Notes: a model not told the origin generated them from the sequence alone. Shown: positions 49,241 through 59,281, counted from the first letter of the stretch. The stretch is 64,000 nt of DNA from an uncultured Acidobacteriota bacterium (GCA_963813155.1 CAWEYG010000002.1:820870-884869); one strand, 5' to 3'. Numbers and translations: made by a program.

Positions 49241-49444
49241 CTACTTCTTGATGTTCTTGCCGATATCCTGGATCGCGTCGCCGAGTTTCCGCTTCGCGGT
49301 CCCGAAATCGTGCTGCGCTTTTCCGGCCTGCGCCTCACGCTCGCCGCGCTCCTCGAGATCGGGATTTCCGACCACGTGGCCGGCTTTTTCCTTGATCTTG
49401 CCCTTGATTTCTTCCGTTGTTCCAACTCGTTCGTCTTTGTTCAT
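49241..49444 (-). CDS. CsbD family stress protein
   Basis: MNKDE..G...EIKGKIKEKAG.VVGN..LE..GE....GKAQ; GGAGG RBS. Confidence 0.88.
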   Translation of the reverse strand: MNKDERVGTTEEIKGKIKEKAGHVVGNPDLEERGEREAQAGKAQHDFGTAKRKLGDAIQDIGKNIKK

Positions 49445-49492
49445 GGCAGAACCTCCAGCCTGTAAGAAGAAGCAGGATTCGTGCCGTAGAAA

Positions 49493-49700
49493 ATCGCTCA
49501 GCCCGCTCGGGTCCAAGCCCCAGCGCCGGTCTCGACAAGCGGGGCCTGTCGCGGGGCTCGCTCCACTTTTCCGCTCGCCGCGAGCCTGAGGACTTTGCTA
49601 CACCTGCGTCGCGAGCGGCAAAAGGGAGTCTTGCCCCGCGCCACCCGCCCTTCTAGGCCGGCGCGTAGCCCCGAACCCTACGGACCTTCGCTCAGGGGAT
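49493..49700 (-). repeat. Structured intergenic repeat family A, copy 3 (full), back-to-back with family B copy 1
   Basis: Reverse complement aligns end to end with 47530-47749. Confidence 0.88.
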
Positions 49701-49950
49701 GGAGCCCCAACTCCCCGAGCGAGGCCGGGAGTGCGTTCCTCGGGCGGGCCGGGACGCGGGGCGCAGGCGCTGGTCCGCAGGCCATGAGTGAGGCGCAGGA
49801 AGAATCCCGTACTTAGTTGAGACGCGACAGGTCGCGCTGAACGCTAGAGGCGCGGGGGACGGATTCCATTTCGATCGACCGCGCCGTGCCAGCGGACGAG
49901 TGCCGAGCTCCGCGGCCCCGGGGACAGGAACTCCCCGGGGCGAGCGAGTC
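49701..49950 (+). repeat. Structured intergenic repeat family B, copy 1
   Basis: GGGACGCGGGGCGC..GTCCGCAGGCCATGAGTGAGGCGC..GAATCCCGT..GTTGAGA..GCTAGAGGCGCGG..GCGGACGAGTGCCGAGCTCCGCG. Confidence 0.88.
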
Positions 49951-49990
49951 TTCTCAACTCAAGAAATCTAGCATTCGCGGGGCTGAGGGG

Positions 49991-50455
49991 TCAGAAGCAG
50001 CTGACCGTGCCAAACCCCCCGTTGTCCGCCACGGCCTGCGGGTTGTTCTGCGACCTGCCGGGCGGGTTCAAGGCCTTCACGAGGACTACGACATCATCCG
50101 GACCGCAGAGCTGCCCGAGCAGGAGAACGCCGCCGGGAGTCGTGAAATCCGTCGTGTTCCCCGGCGCGGTGAAATTGTCAACCTGAGTTCCAATCACGGC
50201 GCCATCGGGGCAGCTCGACCGAAGAGTCTGGACGATCTGGATCGCGTATTTTGCCGGAGAGCTTCCGTTCACGTTGCTGACGACGGCGGCCCATTCCACC
50301 GAAACGCTCCCGTCACACTCGTTGCCGTACCACTCCGCGTCCGCGGGCGCGGGGAACTGCGGGTTCGAGCCTTTTCCTTTCCCGCCTCCGAACGCGGCGT
50401 TCGAGAGGCCGAGGATAAGAACCGCTCCCAGAACGATGCCGAGCTTCGATTTCAT
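49991..50455 (-). CDS. Secreted hypothetical Cys-containing beta-sandwich-like protein (gene X, copy 1)
   Basis: AAGGAG RBS, signal peptide, four Cys, VKALNPPGRSQNNPQA motif. Confidence 0.8.
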   Translation of the reverse strand: MKSKLGIVLGAVLILGLSNAAFGGGKGKGSNPQFPAPADAEWYGNECDGSVSVEWAAVVSNVNGSSPAKYAIQIVQTLRSSCPDGAVIGTQVDNFTAPGNTTDFTTPGGVLLLGQLCGPDDVVVLVKALNPPGRSQNNPQAVADNGGFGTVSCF

Positions 50456-50667
50456 TGGTTGATCTCCTTCTTTGTTGCGCAGTCTACCGCTCTTTCGGGA
50501 ATCAGTGTTCGCTCGCCGACGTCGCGGCTGAGCCCCAGGGGTCCGCGCGTAACTCCTTCTCGCTGCGGGCGCGAAACTCGCGGCGTTTTGATGGCCTCGC
50601 CATCCGCGGTTCCCGACTGCGGCTCGGCCATATCCGGTCGCTCAGACAACGACGCCCGCTCCTCGTC

Positions 50668-50935
50668 TCGCTCAGGGGTTGCGGCCCCGACAGCCACGAG
50701 CGAAGGGCGGATGGGTAGCGTGGGGCTGGACGCGGGGCGCGGGCGCTCGTCCGCAGGCCATGAGTGAGGCGCAAGAAGAATCCCGTTGTCCGTTGAGAGG
50801 CGAGACCTCGCGCCGATCGCTAGAGGCGCGGGAGACGGATTCCATTCCGATCGATCGCGCCGTGCCAGCGGACGAGTGCCGAGCTCCGCGGCCCCGGGGC
50901 CAGGACGCGATCTCAAGGGCCGAGCGAGTCCCGAT
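50668..50935 (+). repeat. Structured intergenic repeat family B, copy 2
   Basis: Same conserved blocks as copy 1; begins TCGCTCAGGGG, ends GGGCCGAGCGAG. Confidence 0.87.
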
Positions 50936-50961
50936 CCCAGAAGAGCGAGCCTATCCGGCAC

Positions 50962-52134
50962 TCAGGTGATGGGAACGGCGATAGTAATCGTCGCTCTGTT
51001 CCCCGCGGCATCCCGGGCGCTCACGAAGATTTTGTAAACGTGCGAGCGCTTGCCGGTGCGGGTCGCGGCGAGCGACACGGGGAAGCTGAACTTCCCGTCT
51101 TCTCCGAGCGCCACCGGAGACGTCACGATCAGAGCTCCCGGATTGTAGGAGTCCGTCACCCAGTACTCCCCGGACGACCGGTCGAGCGCGCAATCGTCGG
51201 TTGCCTTTCCGGCTACCGTCAGCGTCAACGTCCCGCTTCCCTTCTTCGCCGGACGCGGGGTCGCGCTCGCGGCGATGACGGGCGGCGTCGCGTCGGCGGC
51301 GCAGGTGCTGCAGGCGGCCGGGCAGAACGACAGATCTCCCCCGTAAGTGCCGCCGGCCGTCGTGCAATTGGCCGCGGTCATGTCCTGGCACGCGCCGCCG
51401 GGCAGCGCGCAGGCGCCGTGCGCCGTGTCGTCCGCGGGCGCATAGGCGTCGTCCTCCACGCCGAGCGCATTGGAACCGCGCGGAAGGAGCACGTATCCCG
51501 CGCTTCCCCACGTGGTTCCGATCGAATTCTTGATGGTGAAAAGACTGTCCGTATATCCGACGATGAGCACCCACTGATGAACGGTGTCGTCGTATGCCGA
51601 CGTCGGGAAGAGTCCGCCGGCGTACGACGTCCAGGCCGCGATGGGGACGCCGTGATCGCCGATCGAAAGACGGGCGATGACGGGGCCGTTGTTGAGCGCC
51701 GTAATGAGCGCGGCCTCTCCAACGAGCCGCGTCCACCCGGGGATGTTCGACACGGAGGTGGTGACCTTGCACGATCCCTGAAGGGCCGTGTACGGATAGG
51801 TGCTTTCGCTGGCGAGCCCGTTGGTCTTGGCGAAGTTCAAGCCGCACGGCGCCTGGCCGCAGAACGGATCAGCGCAGTCCCCGACCGCGGGAACGCAGTC
51901 GATCAGCTCCTGCTCCGAAAGGGAAATGAGCGATCCAACGTTAATCGCCCGATATCCCTCCACGGCGCCGGTGACGGCGAAAGCCCACGATGCATCGAAC
52001 GACGGCGTGCCCTGGTTCTTGACCGGGGTCACGACTCCCTTCACTCTCCAGTCGACCTCCACCCCGAGGGCCGCGGCCGCGAGGACGAGGACCCCGGCGG
52101 CCGCCGCGGCGATTCGAAACGAACGGACTTGCAT
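50962..52134 (-). CDS. Secreted papain-fold (C1A) protein with Ser at the catalytic Cys position, Cys-rich module and Ig-like tail
   Basis: VDWR.KGVVTPVKNQG, SWAF, SLSEQELIDC, YPY, VLIVGY, IKNS.G..WG..GY. Confidence 0.88.
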   Translation of the reverse strand: MQVRSFRIAAAAAGVLVLAAAALGVEVDWRVKGVVTPVKNQGTPSFDASWAFAVTGAVEGYRAINVGSLISLSEQELIDCVPAVGDCADPFCGQAPCGLNFAKTNGLASESTYPYTALQGSCKVTTSVSNIPGWTRLVGEAALITALNNGPVIARLSIGDHGVPIAAWTSYAGGLFPTSAYDDTVHQWVLIVGYTDSLFTIKNSIGTTWGSAGYVLLPRGSNALGVEDDAYAPADDTAHGACALPGGACQDMTAANCTTAGGTYGGDLSFCPAACSTCAADATPPVIAASATPRPAKKGSGTLTLTVAGKATDDCALDRSSGEYWVTDSYNPGALIVTSPVALGEDGKFSFPVSLAATRTGKRSHVYKIFVSARDAAGNRATITIAVPIT

Positions 52135-52244
52135 GGTTCTCCCTTTCGCGACCTGCCCGGAGGAGCCGCCTCTCGGGCCCGTGAATCAATTGATGATTGT
52201 CAGCCAGACATCATATCCCACAAATCGGCGGCGACTGCCCCGCG

Positions 52245-54450
52245 CTACCTCGCCGCGCCGAACCGCCGGTCGAAAAACTCCGCCGTCGCCTTCTCCACGC
52301 GGAGCCACGAGGCCCAGCGCAGGAACCCGTGGATCTCGTCGGGGAGGACGATCACCTCGTGCGGCACTTTCGCCTTGTCGAGCCGGCGCGCGAGATCGAG
52401 CGTCTGGTGAAAATCGACGTTCCGATCGTCGTCTCCGTGGATCAGCAGCACCGGCGACTTCCACGTGTCGACCATCGAGTCGGGCGAAGACTTCCACGTC
52501 ACGTCCATCGCCTCTTTGAGGTCTCCCTTCTCGTACCGGAGCTGCCGGCGCCGGTAGAAAGCGCCGATTTCGTATTCGCCGCCCTCGGTCAGCCAGTCGT
52601 GAACGCCGTGCCAGTCGACGCCCGCCGCGAAAAGATCCGAGCTCCGCGCGAGCGCGATCGCCGTCAGGTAGCCGCCGTAGGAACCGCCCCACACGCCCAC
52701 TCGCGTCCGATCGACTTCCGGAAGCGAGGCCAGGTACCGTCCCGCCGCGAGCACGTCCTGGGATTCGGAGGCGCCGGCCGGGCCCGCGTGCGCCGGGTGC
52801 TGAAACGCGCGCCCGTATCCCACTCCCAGCCGGTAGTTGACGGTCATCGCCACGTAGCCGCGCGAGGCCAGATACTGGTTCATCGCGTAGGCGCACGAGT
52901 AGTAGTCCATGTAATGCCACCCGAGCAGCATCTGGCGCGGCGGCCCGCCGTGGAGGAAGAGCAGCGCGGGTTTCTTTCCGCCTTTCTTCTCAGACGCGCC
53001 GGCCTTTTCGAAGATCTGTCCGTGGAGGACGGTGCCGTCCGGCGCCTGGAAGACCACTTTCCGCGGAACGACGAGCTCTTCCGTCGGAAAATCCGACGGG
53101 ATCTCGCCGGGGGCCAGGATCCGGAACGCTCCGCCCGAAAGCGGAATGACCGCCGGCTGCGGCGGCGTCTTCGCGCCGGCCGAGACGAACACGATGTTCC
53201 CTCCGTCTCCCGTCACGGCGGGCATCCACTCGAGTCCCGCGCCGGAGGTGAGCGGCAACCGGCCGGGCCGCGTCGACCGGCACGCGGAACAGGTGCCGGC
53301 GGTCGTCATCCGCGGCATCCCCTCCGGTGTTGGCGGCGTAGACGACCAGCCGGCCGTCGGGAGAGAGCGCGATCGAGTCCACCATGAAACGCCCCGGCGT
53401 CAGGAGCAGCGGCGCGCCGCCATTTTCCGAGACGGAGTAGAGGTGGGGCCACCCGTCCAGCTCCGCGAGAAAGACGAGGCGGCCGCCGGCGGCCCAGGCG
53501 AGCGCGGCGCCGGCGTCCGTTTCCGGAAGGGATCCCTCGAGCGTCTCCGGCGAGCTCCAGGCCGCGCGCGCGTCGCCCGTCGCGGCGTCGGCCGTCCAGA
53601 TGCTCCACGGAGCGGGCTCTTCTTCCAGAAGCGTTTCGGGCGGGCCTCCTTTCGCCGGCTGGCGGAGAAAGGCAATGCGGGACCCGTCGGGCGACCAGAC
53701 CGGATTCGAGTCGAGCGCTGCCGACGGGGCGAGGAACCGGATCGGCTCGCTTTCCGAGGAGAACACTCCGATGAAGCTGTGGTCCCCGCGATTGGACACG
53801 AACGCGAGGAGCTTTCCGTCCGGAGACCAGGCGAGCGACTCGACCTCCCCGCGGCAGAAGAAGAGAGGCGCCGCCACTTTCTCTCCCTCGAGCTTTCCGT
53901 CGAAAGGAATCGACGAGACCTGGTGCTCCTTGAGGAAGGCCACTCGCTGCCCGTCGGGAGAAATCGCCGGCCCGTCTCCCTGCGCGAGTTTGCGCGGGCT
54001 TCCGTTCTCGAATTCCGCGGCCCAGATCTCGACGGCGGGCTTGCCCGTTCGGAGTGTCGGATTCGGCTCGACGCCGCCCGGCGAGGGCCAGTTCTCGTCG
54101 TGATCGCCGCCCCGCACCCACACGAGGCGGCTGCCGTTCTGAGAAAACTGCAGCTGCGTGAGCTCCTGCCCGTCGTCGGCGGCGTTGTCGGTCAAACGCC
54201 GCGCCTTCCACGACGGCCCCTCGGCCACCCAGACGTTGCGCACGCCTCGCCGGTTCTCGATCCATGCGACCCGCGAGCCCGAGTGGCTGACCCTCAACTC
54301 GAGCGGATAGGGATAGCTGAACACCTGCTCGAGAGTGAAGGCACCCGAAGGCGCCGCCGCCGGTCGAGCTCCGCGCGCGAGCGCGGCCAGAACGAGGAGC
54401 CCAACGATCCCGGCGATGACGGTACGAATCGTCCGATGGATTTTCTGCAT
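52245..54450 (-). CDS. S9 family peptidase with WD40-like/PD40 repeats; apparent +1 frameshift at ~53257
   Basis: SPDG repeats in 5' ORF; HGGP, WGGSYGG, HGDDDRNV, DEIHGF in 3' ORF. Confidence 0.88.
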
Positions 54451-54495
54451 GGTTTGCTCTCCTGAATTGCGTGCCAGCATACCGAAAATGGATAG

Positions 54496-54748
54496 AGCCC
54501 CAACTCCCCGAGCGAGGCGCGGGAGTGCGTTTGACGGCGGGCCGGGACGCGGGGCGCAGGCGCTCGTCCACAGGCCATGAGTGAGGCGCAAGAGGAAACC
54601 CGCACTCAGTTGAGACGCGAGAGTCGCGCCGAACGCTAGAGGCGCGGGGGACGAATTCCATCCTGATCGATCGCGCCGTGCCAGTGGACGAGTGCCGAGC
54701 TCCGCGTCCGCGGGGCCCAGAGCGCGATCTCCTGGGCTGAGCGAAGTC
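54496..54748 (+). repeat. Structured intergenic repeat family B, copy 3
   Basis: Same conserved blocks; ends GGGCTGAGCGAAG. Confidence 0.88.
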
Positions 54749-54785
54749 CATTTCGCCGCCTCCAGCGGACGGTTAGAATACCGCG

Positions 54786-55244
54786 ATGTTCAAGCTCGCT
54801 TCCGCCGCGCCCGCACTGCTCCTGGCCGCGGCCGCCGGCGCTCAGTCCGCGCCGGTCGCGCCGCCCCCATCCCCGTCCGCGGCGGAAAGGGAGATTCTGA
54901 AAGTCGCGGACGACTTGAACGCGGCGTGGCTGCGCCACGACGCCGCCGCTCTGGACAAGCTCGTCGCGGACGACTTTCGCGGCATCACGGGAAGCGGAAA
55001 AAGCATCCGGAAGGCGGACCTGATCGGATACGCCATGCGGTCGGAAGAGACCTCGACGGACCTGAGCGACCGGACCGTGCGTGTCTTCGGAGACGTCGCG
55101 GTCGCGACCAATCGCATCACCGACAGGGGCCGAAAGGCGAACGGCGAGACTTTCACCGTCGTCTCCTACGTCACGTCCGTCCTCGTCCGTCGCCCGGCGG
55201 GCTGGCAAGTCGTTGCCGAGCAGGAAACGATCCCGAAGAAGTGA
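54786..55244 (+). CDS. Secreted NTF2-like (DUF4440) protein
   Basis: Signal peptide; DAAALDKLVADDF, VRVFGDVAV, GWQVVA; TAGAAT 6 nt before ATG. Confidence 0.85.
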   Translation: MFKLASAAPALLLAAAAGAQSAPVAPPPSPSAAEREILKVADDLNAAWLRHDAAALDKLVADDFRGITGSGKSIRKADLIGYAMRSEETSTDLSDRTVRVFGDVAVATNRITDRGRKANGETFTVVSYVTSVLVRRPAGWQVVAEQETIPKK

Positions 55245-55251
55245 AGGATGG

Positions 55252-55580
55252 TCAGCGCGCCGTCTTCTCCTGGAGGAACGCCCGTATCGCGGCGCGATCC
55301 TTCTCGTCCTTCAACCGCGTGAACAGCCGGCCCGTTCCGAGCCTCCGCACAACGTCTTCGTTGTCGAACGGAAGGTGGTCTAGATCTTCCCGCCCGCGAA
55401 ATGGCACGGCTGGCATCGGGCCCGGAGAATCGGCCGCACGGTGGTCTCGAAGGCGCTCGCGACCGGAGGGACGGCAGACGGGGGCGTGTTCGCCCGGGCG
55501 GTTCGAGAAGACATCGACAACGCCACGCCCCACACGACGAGGGCGCCGGAGAGAACGAAAGGAACCCACGAACGTCCCAT
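55252..55580 (-). CDS. Small c-type heme-binding protein; apparent 1-nt deletion at ~55380
   Basis: FETTVRPILRARCQPCHFAGGK then DHLPFD...LFTRLKDE in another frame; CxxCH motif. Confidence 0.65.
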
Positions 55581-55612
55581 CAAACGATTTTACGACTCCC
55601 GGACTCCCGGGT

Positions 55613-56022
55613 TTATGCCTGGCATCGCGAAACTGGGCCTTCGCACAATTGCAGGAGCGATTGAGAAACAGGTTTCCAGATCGCCGCGAGCCTCGCGACC
55701 GTGTCGGGAAACCGCTTTACGAGTCGGATAAGCAGCGCAGCCTGAGCGTTTGGCCTGGCGCGCCCCTGTTCCCAATTCTCCAACGTGCGAACATCGTCGA
55801 CAAGAGACGGCAAATAAGGGACGAGAGAGATTCAGATGCCTTCTTGACGCGAACCAGCTCGGCGGGAGTCACCTCCGGAGCTGGGGTTCGAACCACGGCA
55901 TGCGTCCGCAGCGTCCGTTTTCCCAGCCGCTCGTCCGCCAAAGCCTTCACACCCTCCGACAGCTCGGCGAAGAGATTGCGCTTTGCGGTGAGCCCATGTT
56001 TCTTCTTGCGGACTGATTTCAT
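55613..56022 (-). pseudogene. HigA-like HTH antitoxin, frameshifted
   Basis: RNLFAELSEGV.AL...G..TLRT and VRTLENWEQGRARPNAQAALLIRLV..FPD in different frames. Confidence 0.8.
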
Positions 56023-56361
56023 CACTTGCTCCTTGCCTTCAACTCGGCCTTGATCATCGCCCGCAGATCCTTCCGCTCTGCGGGCGCCTGAGATCATCCA
56101 GTTCTCCCTTGCCATACAGACGGCGACACCAGACCTGCAATCCGGCGATCCACCAGTAGTAGATCACCCGAAGGCCGCCGCGTTTCCCCTTGCCGCGCCG
56201 TGAGTCGGCGAATCGAAGTTTTCGAAGGCCTCCGGTTCCTTCGATGACGTTTCCCGCCTGGGGATTCCACCATCAGGTCCGCCGACGTGAAACTTCTATC
56301 ATCGAGATGCCTCTCACGATGCCGCTCGAAAGCCGGCAACTCGACGGAAGACCGCCTTCAC
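56022..56361 (-). pseudogene. HigB2/RelE-like toxin, frameshifted
   Basis: Reassembled MKAVFVELPAFER...NPQAGNVIEGTGGLRKLRFAD.RRGKGKRGGLRVIYYW...LYGKGE.DDL. Confidence 0.85.
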
Positions 56362-56390
56362 CACTTAAATGCTCACGGAACTCTCGCGGA

Positions 56391-56409
56391 TATACGCAAC
56401 TCACGTATA
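56391..56409. promoter_or_regulatory. Candidate higBA operator
   Basis: TATACG-N7-CGTATA inverted repeat 30 nt upstream of the toxin start. Confidence 0.6.
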
Positions 56410-56453
56410 CCGAGTACGCTTTGGCCCGACCGCGAGTCGGGGGGAATCGCCGC

Positions 56454-56486
56454 CACGCCTCACGCCCTCACGCCTTACGACTCGCA
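56454..56486. repeat. Short tandem 7-8-mer repeat (CACGCCT-like)
   Basis: CACGCCT CACGCCCT CACGCCT TACGACT CGCA. Confidence 0.6.
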
Positions 56487-56563
56487 TTCAAGGTATATGC
56501 GAAAAGCAAGACCGTCCCCGAGCAGCTATCCCAAATCCGCTAATTTCGCGGGACCAGGCCTCG

Positions 56564-56770
56564 CCCCTGAGCGAAAGCCCGAGAAGCGGCGGGCCGAAAG
56601 GCGCCGACGCAAGGATGGCGGGGTGTCGCCGGGCAAGACTCCCTTTCGCCGCTCGCAACGCGGGTGTAGCAAAGTCCTCTGGCTCGGCGAGCGGAAAAGC
56701 GGAGCGAGTCCTGCGACAGGACCCGCTCACCGAGCCGGCGCGGGCGAACGGCGAGTCGGGCTGACGAGTC
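56564..56770 (+). repeat. Structured intergenic repeat family A, copy 4
   Basis: CCCCTGAGCGAAAG left end, A core with GTGTAGCAAAGTC loop, GGGCTGA right end. Confidence 0.86.
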
Positions 56771-56810
56771 TTCAGTCCCCCAAGCCTGACGTAAACCGGA
56801 CGACGAGCGC

Positions 56811-57988
56811 TCAGGCGATGGGAACGGCGATGGTGATCGTCGCTGTGTTCCCCGCGGCATCCCGGGCGCTCACGAAAATCTTGTAAAGGTGCGCGCGCTT
56901 GCCGGTGCGCGTCGCGGCGAGCGACACGGGGAAGCTGAACGAGCCGTCTCGCCAAACGTCACCGGATTCGAGACGATCGGAGCCCCCGGGTCATACGAGT
57001 CCGTCACCCAGTACTCCCGGACGACCGGTCGAGCGTGCAATCGTCGGTTGCCGTACCGGCTACCGTCAGCGTCAATGTCCCGCTCCCCTTCTTCGCCGGA
57101 CGCGGGATCGCGCTCGCGCGAATGACGGGCGGCGTCGCGTCGGCGGCGCAGGTGCCGCAGGAGGCCGGGCAGAACGACAGATCTCCCCCATAAATTCCGC
57201 TGGCCGTCGTGCAATCGGCCGCGGTCATGTCCTGGCACGCGCCGCCGGGCAGCGCGCAGGCGCCGTGCGCCGTGTCGATCGAGGGCGCATAGCGTCGTCC
57301 CCCACGCCGAGCGCATTGAAACCGCGCGGAACCAGGTAGCACCGAGCTTCCCCACGACGTTCCGATCGAATTCTTGATGGTGTAGAGACTCGAAGAGTAT
57401 CCGACGATGAGCACCCACTGATGAACCGTGTCGTCGTAGGCCGACGCCGCCGACGCGCGGGCAGGGTCCGCCGCGTAGGACGTTCCAGGCCGCGATGGGG
57501 GTCCCGTGGTCGCCGATCGAAAGGCGGGCGATGACGGGGCCGCTGCTGACGCCCCCGCGATCCCGGTCTCTCCGACGAGCCGCGTCCACCCGGGGATGGT
57601 CGCCACCGGGGTGGGCACCTTCACGTTCCCTGAAGGCCGGTATACGGATAGGCGCTTTCGCTGGCGAGCCCGTTGGTCATGGCGAAGTTCAGGCCAATCG
57701 CGCCTGCCGCAGAGCGGATCGGCGCAGTCCCCGACGGCGGGAACAGCAGTCGATCAACTGCTGTTCCGAAAGAGAGGTCAGCGGGATCCGCTGTTGATCG
57801 CCCGATACCCCTCGACCGCCCCGGGGACGGCGAAAGCCCACGAGGCGTCGAACGAAGTCGTGCCCTGGTTCTTACGGCGTCACGGCTCCCTTGCTTCTCC
57901 AGTCGATGTCCGCCTTCAGGCCGCGGCCCCCGCGAGGACGAGGACCCCGGCGGCCGCCGCGGCGAGTCGAAACGTACGGGCGTGACGT
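56811..57988 (-). pseudogene. Second copy of the Ser-type papain-fold gene, heavily frameshifted
   Basis: Colinear with 50962-52134; retains NQGTTSFDASWAF, TVHQWVLIVGY, KNSIGTSWG, GACALPGGAC. Confidence 0.9.
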
Positions 57989-58379
57989 GATTCTCCCTTT
58001 CGCGTCCTGCCCGGAGCAGGGAGCCGCCTCGCGAGCCCATGAATCGATTGATGATTGTCAGCCCGAGATGGATAACCGAGAAATCGAACGGAGTCGGGAA
58101 GTCCTCAGCCTGGCGGCGGGATTGGAGTAGAAGGCTCACCCGCGGTCATTCCCGCGCAAGCTGCCCCGACCACTGAGCCGGGGCGGGAATCGCCCTCGTC
58201 GGCTATTTGATGTGCGTCCAACCTCGACTTCAGCTCGCCATCGAGACTCGTTTCAGCAGCACGGAAGCATACCGTCCCCATCTCGCTTTCTCGGGCTGCG
58301 TGTTTCTCCTCGGCGGTCTGAGGGGTCAATTACGCACTCGAAGGATCTGCCCGCGGCGAAGTAGCGGTCAGGGCGCCGA

Positions 58380-58850
58380 ACCGGGAAGTGCCCGGGCATG
58401 CTTTCCGCGCGGATCCGCCAATGCCCGTCGCCCCCCGGTGCAGGACGAGCAGGTTCCCCCAGCCGTCGAACGGGGGCGTCGCCCGGGAACCGAACCACCT
58501 GGTGCTCGACGCATCGCTCCGACGCGGTGTCGCCCGAGACCGGATCGCGACGCACCCCATCCAGGACGTCTCGACGCGCGCGCCCTTCGTCGGCTCGGCG
58601 ACCGTCCGAAGGAACGCCTCAATGGCAGGCTTGCTGCGCAGAGCGGGTTCCATTCGGGATGAATGCACACACCGCGCCTCCCAGAGCGCGAGGCTCGCGC
58701 CGTCATCCATTTTCTTCGTCGCGTCGATCACCGCGCGGTTGAAGGCGTCGATCCCCGGCTGGGCGTCGGGCGCCGCGGCTCCCGCGGCCGCAGCGCGAGG
58801 CTGAACAGGAGCAGCAGTTGGCTCCATCTCCGCCGATTCTTCCCCCCACT
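58380..58850 (-). pseudogene. SnoaL/NTF2-like secreted protein, frameshifted
   Basis: GIDAFNRAVIDATKKMD..ASLALW, VSGDTASE.CVEHQVV, DGHWRI fragments over several frames. Confidence 0.6.
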
Positions 58851-58949
58851 CCTCCTGCGCTGTGGACGCTCTCCGTCGGGCCGCCACGTAATACACCAAA
58901 ACAAGACCGTCCCCATTAAACCCCTGAACGGCTTGGGGCACGCCTATAA

Positions 58950-58969
58950 ACCAGAGTACAATCTTTGGT
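58950..58969 (+). promoter_or_regulatory. -10 box inside an inverted repeat (candidate TA operator, leaderless start)
   Basis: ACCAGAG-TACAAT-CTTTGGT immediately before ATG 58970. Confidence 0.6.
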
Positions 58970-59281
58970 ATGAAATTTAGATCTCTTTCCGAAGCGAAGA
59001 TCGAACTGGGAACGCTCATTCGGCTCGCGGAGCGGGGTGAGACCGTCGTCATCAGCCGCCACGGCAAGCCGGCGGTTCGCCTGACTCCCGTGGGCGAAGA
59101 GGACTTTCAGCTGAGCGCCGCCGACGCGTCGAAGCTCAACGCCTGGGCCGACGCCGAGCGGCGGCAGGATGGACTCGGACTTACGACAGCGGGCCTGAAT
59201 CACCTAAAAGCACCCGGCGAACAAAAAGAACAACAACGCGCGGTGAAATTGAGACCGCGGAGGCTTTCGAGCGGGCTCTAG
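58970..59281 (+). CDS. Phd/YefM family antitoxin (3' end probably frameshifted)
   Basis: SLSEAK.ELG.LI..AERGETVVISRHGKPAVRL. Confidence 0.85.
   Translation: MKFRSLSEAKIELGTLIRLAERGETVVISRHGKPAVRLTPVGEEDFQLSAADASKLNAWADAERRQDGLGLTTAGLNHLKAPGEQKEQQRAVKLRPRRLSSGL

Noticed and set aside
50962-57988. Diversity-generating retroelement (template/variable repeat pair)
   Set aside because: The duplication covers the whole gene, differences are not adenine-specific and no reverse transcriptase is present.
58105-58329. 74-aa minus-strand ORF
   Set aside because: No recognisable motif and lies in the indel-rich region.
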